DNA of 20,000 nucleotides from Rozella allomycis CSF55 (Eukaryota): NCBI GenBank assembly GCA_000442015.1, contig KE560790.1, positions 49,650 to 69,649 of the forward strand, read 5' to 3'. Shown piece by piece: positions 12,709 to 20,000 of this stretch (position 1 is its first letter; each line of letters starts with the position of its first letter). The notes under the pieces were generated by a model. It saw only the letters and a program-made list of their open reading frames with translations, ran no database searches and was not told where the DNA came from. The position numbers and the translations under genes were made by a program.

Positions 12709-15050
12709 ATGGTAGTTGATTTTTCTTTTGAAGTTTCATCGTTTCCAAATACCCGATTGTATAGCGGTGTGAAGAAGAAGAGTGAATATGAGCCAATTGT
12801 GTTTGATTTTGGTAATTGAAGGTTTTTGTTAGTATAGGGTCGTATATGACTAGAGTAGGGTATGCGACTGAAATAGAGCCGCAGTTGTCGTATGAATCAG
12901 TTATAAACAAATTTACATACAAGGATAACGCCAAGAGCTCATTTTTTGGAATTGGAAATGAATATCATGATAATGCTGTCAAACAAACTGTTAGATCACC
13001 GTTTGATGGGAACTTAATATACCAATATGATTATTTGGAAACTATGATGGATGTGTCATTGTTGAGACTCGGTGTTTCTTCTTTAAAGGATACACCATTG
13101 GTGGTTACAGAACCAGCATGTAATTTCAATGCTGGCAGGAAGCGTAATATATCATTATAGGGATTATAGAATTGAATGAGCTTGTTTTTGAGGCATATAA
13201 TGCGCCTAGATTAATGTGTGGAATAGATTTTGCATTTTCATATTTTTACAATAATCCAGATTTACCTGATGGAATGATTGTTTCTGGTAGTCATTTAGTT
13301 ACCCATGTTGTACCATTTATTAATGGAAGATTGGATATGAAGAATTGTAAGAGATTGAATATTGGAGGAAATCATCTTGCGGAACATTTTTTGAAATTGT
13401 TACAATTAAAGTATCCCCTGTTTCCAGTTAGAATGAATTTATCACAAGCGCAAGTAAGTGTCAATAGAAGAGATGATAGAAATGTCTATTTGAATATGGA
13501 TATGTAGCTGATAATTACAGAGAAGAGAGTCTAAAGTTTCTAAATGATCCAGAAAGATCCGTTGTGATTCAATTTCCATTCGCATCAACCCCAGTAAAGA
13601 TTCAGTAAGTTAATTTTAAAGGATGAAAATAATTTGGAAGAAGAAATGAAACGGGAGCAAAGAGAAAAAGAAAAGGAATTGACTAGACAAGCCAGGATTA
13701 AAAGATTAGCAGAAAAAGAAAAAGAATTTAATGAAATGAAATCAATGAAGGAAGAGTTAGAAAAAGAATATGAAATGAAACAACAAGAGGAAGAAGAAGA
13801 AGATGCAATAGATCAAGTTTTAGAAGAAAATCAAGAAGAAACGTCTCAACCTCCACCAAAGAAGGCAAAGAAAACAATTCAAATTTCTTTTCAAGGTAAA
13901 ATGAATTAAAATGATTTGATTTTGAAGATGAAAATAATCCAATAATTTCATATTTCATTGAAAAAGGATTTAATGATTTGAAACAAGTTAAAACAAGAAT
14001 AATGAGATTGAAAGAAGCGATAACAAAGTTAAAAAAGAAAATTTCAGAAAATGATCAAGAAGAAAAATCAAATAATATTTTTGAATCTTTATCTATTCAA
14101 GATCTACAAGAAAAAAGAAATGTAAAAAATATTTTTAAATTAATAAAGGAATTGATTTCTAAAATTAGAGAAAAGAAATTTCAAATGAATGGAAGAAAGA
14201 ATCAACAGTCAAAGCAAAGAATGAGAAATCTTGCTCAATTGGCTGGAAGTGATCCATCTTTAATTAAAAATAAAAAGAAAAAAATTGGTAATCTTTTAAA
14301 TTAAATCTTTTTTCAAAGAAGAAGAAAATGTTGATGATGGTTTTGGTCAAAGGGATTCTGATTGGCACGTTTATTTAGAAATTGTAATTTGAAATTATTT
14401 AACTTTATAGAATAAAGAAACAAACGAAGGCGAACTTGAAGATTTTGAAAATATGTTGGAAGAAATTGAAGACATTCTTGATAGAAAAGATCCTTCATTC
14501 TCAAAAGACAAGGAAACAATTTTATCAAATCTTGGTTTCCAAACAAAATCTGAACCTTCACTTGAAGAAAAATATCAACTTTCTTTATCAACAGAGAGAA
14601 TTCGAACAACAGAATCACTTTTTCATCCCTCTTTCATTGGTTTAGATCAAGCAGGTATTACATAGTAATAATCTTTAAAAAGGAATCTCTGAAATAATCG
14701 AAAGTCTCTTTAAAACTATTCCAATAGAAAATCAGATTAACGTTGCTCAAGTAATGACATCCTTTCTTTAAAAAAAGAATGTCTTTCTGACTGGAACTCA
14801 CTTGAAATATAAAAATATTCAAAGCAGAATTGAAAGAGATTTAAGAATGTTAAGACCTTCAAACACAAACGTGTGTGTAAAGAGCGCATCAGATATGGAA
14901 TGGGATGCTTGGAAAGGTGCAGCCAAATTCTCTCTCGAAAGGATTAATGATAATTCTTGTTGGTTAACCAAAAAAGAATACGAAGAGATGGGTGATGGTT
15001 ATTTAAAAGAACATGCATGTTCCAATTGGTATTACCAAATCCCCCAATAA
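12709..15050 (+). CDS. ARP5: Actin-related protein 5 (INO80 complex), ~687 aa, 11 exons
   Basis: PIVFDFGSYMTRVGY, RSPFDGN, VVTEP, LLQLKYP, IQFPF, a charged coiled-coil insert, DDGFGQRDSDWHVY, ERIRTTESLFHPSFIGLDQAG, DAWKGAA and EYEEMGDGYLKEHACSN. Introns at 12812-12837, 13144-13169, 13454-13479, 13594-13621, 13896-13927, 14122-14148, 14288-14318, 14384-14410, 14655-14682 and 14751-14777. Confidence 0.93.
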
Positions 15051-15160
15051 ATAATAAATATTATTAATTTAAAGTTTTCTTCAATCTTCATATTCTTAAA
15101 AACTTCATCTGTTCTAATATCCATCTAGAACTTCTACACGTCATTGCATTGTGAAATTTC

Positions 15161-16277
15161 ATGATTCTACAAATTCACTTTAAAAGCCAACTTCACACAA
15201 TTGAACTTCCTTCTTTAGATATAACATTAACAGAATTAAAGAAAATACTCGAGTCATTCTTGTCCCTAAATACTGAAAACCAGAGACTAGTCTTTGGCGG
15301 TAGAGTACTAAAAGACGATCAATCCACCCTACTTTCATACAAAATATCGCCTGGAAATACAATATACCTTGTTGAACAACAAAAGAAAGAAACAGCAAAA
15401 CCAGTCATCATAAAAGACGAAGAAGAAGAGCCAGAAAACCCTATGGATTCACTCATGAACAAAGTAACAATTTACTACTCCGATTATAGATGATATCAAA
15501 TAACCCAGAATTATTAAAGAGTATATTCTTGGCTAATCCACATTTTAAATCACTTTTGGAACAAAATCCTGAACTCGGGCAGGCCTTGAAAGATCCCAGC
15601 CATCTTAAACAGGTAAATGTTGCATGTTAAATGCATAGATTATCGATGCACATAGCAATCCTAAACTAAAAAGAGAAATGATGAGGCAACAAGACAGAAT
15701 GCTCGCAAATATACAAGCAATGCCTGAAGGATTTCAAGCTTTGCAAAAAGCTTACAAGATGGTGGAAGAACCTTTAAGGAAAACTCAAGAAGACTTTGCG
15801 AAACGATTGGAAACTCCAAACTACCGTTTACTGAATAATGAAGAATTTAGTCCCAGGAAGAGCGAATCTCCAAACACAGAGCCACTCCCAAATCCCTGGG
15901 AACCGAATCGAAATGAAAGCATGAATAGACTGTTTCAAGGCGCAAACACATCATTTCAAAATTTTTCTCCTTCTCCTAATTCCTTTTTGTGGCCTTCATT
16001 TACATCGAATCCTATAGAAAACAATTTTATGCCATTTCCTCCGAATGCTTTTATGTCCAATGATTTTGGCAGAGTTGAAAATACGGCAACAAATCAGTCA
16101 AGTGCTGTGTATAATACAGATTACTATAGAGGAAAGTATTCGGAAGAGCTCAAGGAGCTAGAAGAAATGGGGTTCAATGATGTCAATGAATGTATAAAAG
16201 CCTTGTTATCGGCCGGAGGAAATATGTCAGCCGCGATACAAAGGCTATTACAAGAGAGCAAAAAGGACGGCATTTAA
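15161..16277 (+). CDS. DSK2: Ubiquilin/Dsk2-like UBL-STI1-UBA protein, ~354 aa, 3 exons
   Basis: N-terminal UBL (QRLVFGGRVLKD), STI1-like NPELGQALKDP and EMMRQQDRMLANIQAMPEGF, NTEPLPNPW, and a C-terminal UBA (LEEMGF...ALLSAGGNMSAAIQRLL). Introns at 15464-15489 and 15613-15638. Confidence 0.88.
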
Positions 16278-16388
16278 TGCAATAAACTAATTTTCTTTTG
16301 ATTTTTTTTAAGAGAAACTCCACTTTAAAGATAGCGTTTCTCAATACTTTACAGAGTAGTTTGATTTAATATTTAATTTATTGGTTGA

Positions 16389-16660
16389 TTATTTGGGAAA
16401 TAATTTACCAGTGTTGAAAAGTTGGAAAATAACTATCAATGTTTATGGGAATAGCTTACCAGGACAAACTACGACGAATATCAACAATGCAATAGCTCCT
16501 CTGTTCATAGTCAAGCCTGATTCTTCGGATTTTGATTTAGCCTATTAAATCTAAACGGACACCTTACCTTTACTCTTTTTGCAGAAGGTGGAGCTTGTCC
16601 TTTTTTGGTTTCTGATCTTAGTTTAGGCTAATCTAGAAAAAAGAAAAGAGTTACTGCCAT
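16389..16660 (-). CDS. RAMP4/SERP1/Ysy6-like small tail-anchored ER protein, 63 aa, 4 exons (not in ORF track)
   Basis: Removing introns 16628-16654, 16542-16567 and 16433-16459 gives MAPKLRSETKKGQAPPSAKRVKAKSKSEESGLTMNRGAIALLIFVVVCPVIFQLFNTGKLFPK*. It has a basic N-terminus and a C-terminal TM resembling SERP1 ALFIFVVCGSAIFQII. Confidence 0.75.
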
Positions 16661-16735
16661 GTTGTAAATTTCCGATCCAAGGCCCTAGCACTCGTGATCT
16701 TAAAAATAGTTTTTTCCCATGCCGAATTTTCCAAA

Positions 16736-17219
16736 ATGGTGAAACCAACATTTACTCAAGGTTGCTTTTATTTGATCAACTCTTGTGTCTTATCCGCATT
16801 GCCATTGTGTAAGAGGTATTTTATGTTTTAAGAGACTTGTTTACTGAAATCAAGGGATTTACTTTTGCAGAAAATCAGTTGGTTTTAGGTATTCCACTAT
16901 TGCTTATGGCCTTGGCAATGCCTGTAGCGTATCACAATTGTAAAAAGACAAAACTGATATCGTAACCGAGAGTTTGAGTTAAAATAGGATTGGAGAGCAA
17001 CTAAAGGCCAACAAATCAAGTGATACCGCTGAATTACCGATTTACGAAAAGATGGCACTTGCTTATTCCGTCTTTTTCAACAATGTAATGTTTCTTGGCG
17101 TGTTTTTGTTTGTAACCGGTGGACTATTTTCCAAAGCTGGCGAGCAAGCTGAAATAGTGTTATCGATTATTATCCCAGTGTTAACGATGATTTATTTAAC
17201 ATCTCCTGCTAGACAATAA
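16736..17219 (+). CDS. SSR3: Translocon-associated protein gamma subunit, 143 aa, 3 exons (not in ORF track)
   Basis: Removing introns 16809-16834 and 16962-16987 gives four hydrophobic segments with FYLINSCVLSALPLYLF, AYHN and AYSVFFNNVMFL. These match my recollection of SSR3 FFGNAFIVSAIPIWLY, AYKN and TFSIFYNNTLFL. Confidence 0.82.
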
Positions 17220-17266
17220 TAAAAAAGGTTTCTTTGACCCTTGTCATTTAGTGTGAATTTGTGAGG

Positions 17267-20000
17267 ATGGTTAGTGATGGAACACCACGCCTAACTTTGA
17301 GCAAGATGGTTCTCGTTAATTTTAAATCATATGCTGGCCGACAAACGATAGGGCCTTTTCACAAGGTATTTAATGATTTGTTTAGACAATCTAGTCGTTT
17401 AGTAGTATTGTAGGACCCAACGGGAGGTAAAATACGATGTGAAAATTTATAAAAGTGGAAAGAGCAACGTTATTGATGCGCTGTTGTTCGTTTTTGGGTT
17501 TCGCGCCAAAAAAATGAGGCAGGGAAAACTGAGTGATTTGATTCATAATTCAAAGGAATATCCGAATCTGGAGTATTGTGCTGTAGAAATATATTTTGAG
17601 GAGATTATTGATCTTGATAATGTAGGGAATAGTGCTGGATTTAAATAGGGGGAGTATAAAGTTGTTCCTGATACTGCCATGACTATAATTAGAACTGCGA
17701 ATAAGCAAAACAAGAGTACATATACGATTAATGGACAAAATTATTCCTTTAGCCAGGTATGAGAAAGTAGTGTTTTTGAATAGGTATTTTCTTTAGATGC
17801 TGAAGATTAGGTTATTAGTCTGTTGAAAGAAAAGGGAATAGATTTAGATCACAATAGATTTTTGATATTGCAAGGAGAAGTAGAGTCGATAGCATTAATG
17901 AAGCCTAAAGCACCGAATGAGCATGAAGATGGATTGTTGGAGTATTTAGAGGATATTATTGGGACTAGTGATTATAAGGGACAAATAGAGGAAGCGAATA
18001 AAATATCGGAAGAGTTGAATGCTGAAAAGGATGTGATGATTAATAGAATAAAGATAGCGCAAGATGAAAAGGATGCATTGCAAGTAAGACTGTGTGAATG
18101 AATGGATAGGATAAAAAGGAAGAAGCAGAGAATTATTTGAGGATGGAGAATGAAATTGCGAAAAAGCAGAATTTGTATTATCAAATAAAGATAGACAAAG
18201 TGGAGAGGGAATATGGTGAAGTGAAGGAAGAAATTGTAAGAAATTCTAAATGGAATGAATTATAGACTAGAGTGAAAGAGGAAATTGAGAAAGAGGAAAA
18301 GAGTCATTTGGGGCAGATTGAAGAGATCAAGGAGATGGAGAATAATTATGTGTTGAGTGAAAAAGAGTATCAAATATTGAAGGGGAGAGTGGAAGAGATG
18401 GGCAAGGAGATTGGCAAGATGGACAAGGAAGAGATCCAAATGCAGGAAAAGAAAAAGTATATAATGAATAAGCAAAAGAAGATTACAAAGAATATTCAGA
18501 GTGAGAAATCAGAGCTTGGATTGAAGATGGATAATGTGAAGAGTGTTGAAGAAGAAACGCAAAGCAATGACAAGGAGATTGAAGTGTTAAAAGAAAGGTT
18601 GATTAAGGAGGAGGAAGTGTTGGAAGAAATTAGAAATAGTTTGAGTGGTACAATGAATGAATTGATTTTAAGTAGGAAAGACTGATGTGTTTCAGGTTGA
18701 GTTGGAAAAGAAGCAAGTTGAGTTGTCACCTTGGACAGAAAAGATATTTAAAGTTGAATCTGAAATAAAGATATTGAACAGTGAAAAGGAGTTGTTGGAT
18801 GAGAAAATCAATTATCAAGAAAATGCAGAGAAAAAGATTAAAGAAGAAATAAAAAAGATTGAAAAAACAATTCAAGATAAAAGACCGGGGTATGAAGAGG
18901 GAAGAAAAGAATTTGAAGTTTTAAAGAGTTTGTCAAGGGAGGTTGAAGAGGAAATCAAAAAGATTGAAGAAAAAGAAGAAGAAAAGAAGGAGATTTTGTC
19001 TAATTTGAGTTTTAAGATTAATGAAAAGAAGAATGAGAGTATGAAGATGAATAATAGAAATTTGATAATGGAGAATATAATGAAGGAAAAGAATAGTGGA
19101 AGAATTAAAGGCATTCATGTAATAGAAATGATTGAAGTAGAGTAGGGGAGATTAGGAGATTTGGGGATGATAGAAGAAGAGTATGAGATAGCGATATGTA
19201 CAGTGTGTAGTAGATTGGATAACATTGTTGTTGATTCAACAGAGAGTGCCGAGAAATGTTTGGAGATTATTAAAAAGAGAAATTTGGGAAGAGCAACATT
19301 TATAGTTTTAGATAAATTGGATAAAATAAAAATGAAGAGTGAAAATTTACCCATGAATTCCAAGAGATTGTTTGATTTGATAAAACCAAAAGATGAAGTT
19401 TATTTAAAGGCATTTTATTTGGCTCTTGGAGAAACATTGGTTACAGATAATTTGAACAATGCGAATAAAATTGCATTTAATTCAGGAAAGAGATATAAAG
19501 TTGTAACGTTGGATGGAAAGATTATTGATTCATGTGGAACGTTGACTGGTGGTGGGAATAAAGTGATTAAAGGAAGAATTGAACTATTAAATAATTTGAA
19601 CAAACATGAATTCATCGATAAAGGTGAATTCAATAAAGGTGAACTATTGAATAAAAGTGAACTCAACAATCGAAATAAATTTAAACAAAATGGTGAATCT
19701 AGAAAAGAAGATTTAGAAAAAATGGAAAAAGATTTTCAAGATGAAATTAAAAATTTAGATGAAATAAAAAGAAATAAAATGGATTTGATAGTAAAGTTGA
19801 ATCAGCTAAATCAATTAATTTCAACAAATGAAGTAAAATTTAGAAAAATGGAAATGGAAATTTCTAGTTTAGAAAATGAATTGAATCAAAAAAATAAAAA
19901 TCTAAATGAAATAAAAAGATCATCAAATTCTCCAAATGTAAAAGATCTTGAAAGATTTAAAAAAATTAATTCTGAAATTTCCAAAAAAGATCTAGAAATT
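17267..20000 (+). CDS. SMC4: Condensin subunit SMC4, partial (runs off the 3' end of the window)
   Basis: NFKSYAG...IGPFHKSFSSIVGPNGSGKSNVIDALLFVFGFRAKKMRQGKLS, GIDLDHNRFLILQGEVESIALMKPK, coiled coil, and hinge GIHGRLGDLG...LGRATFI...VVTLDG...GTLTGGG. Introns at 17366-17394, 17427-17455, 17622-17648, 17757-17810, 18084-18109, 18236-18265, 18648-18675 and 19119-19145. Confidence 0.97.
17757..17810 (+). other. 54-nt intron made of two abutting 27-nt GTA...TAG units in SMC4
   Basis: CAG|gtatgagaaagtagtgtttttgaatag|gtattttctttagatgctgaagattag|GTT. Each half carries an in-frame stop. Confidence 0.8.

Noticed and set aside
17757-17810. The double intron as a recent tandem duplication
   Set aside because: The halves match at only 12 of 27 positions, 7 of them in the terminal splice signals, so a recent duplication is not supported.
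17550-19669. Antisense ORFs over SMC4, and likewise over ABCC, PEPCK, RIO2, ARP5 and pelota
   Set aside because: These are shadow frames rich in F/L/S/I that mirror purine-rich coding strands. They show no independent motifs.

Overview
This is a very gene-dense, AT-rich eukaryotic window with no prokaryotic features. The compact layout and ~27-nt introns suggest an early-diverging fungus or Cryptomycota parasite such as Rozella, but that is inference only. Splicing the sequence by hand gives 12 genes: pelota/DOM34, a CYBC1/EROS-like membrane protein, a DUF1295 protein, an ABCC transporter, an intronless orphan with a signal peptide, ATP-dependent PEPCK, RIO2, ARP5, a DSK2/ubiquilin-like gene, a RAMP4/SERP1-like gene, TRAP-gamma and a 3'-truncated SMC4. 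The RAMP4 and TRAP-gamma genes are absent from the ORF track. The most unusual signal is the splicing system. I count 50 introns of 26-32 nt, all starting GTA, often without a polypyrimidine tract. Two have non-canonical GT-TG ends inside conserved genes (PEPCK, RIO2), and one has a GAG acceptor. SMC4 has a 54-nt intron made of two abutting 27-nt units, which suggests a zero-length exon or recursive splicing. Together these point to 3' splice sites chosen by distance from the donor. RIO2 and ARP5 start codons are only 20 bp apart.
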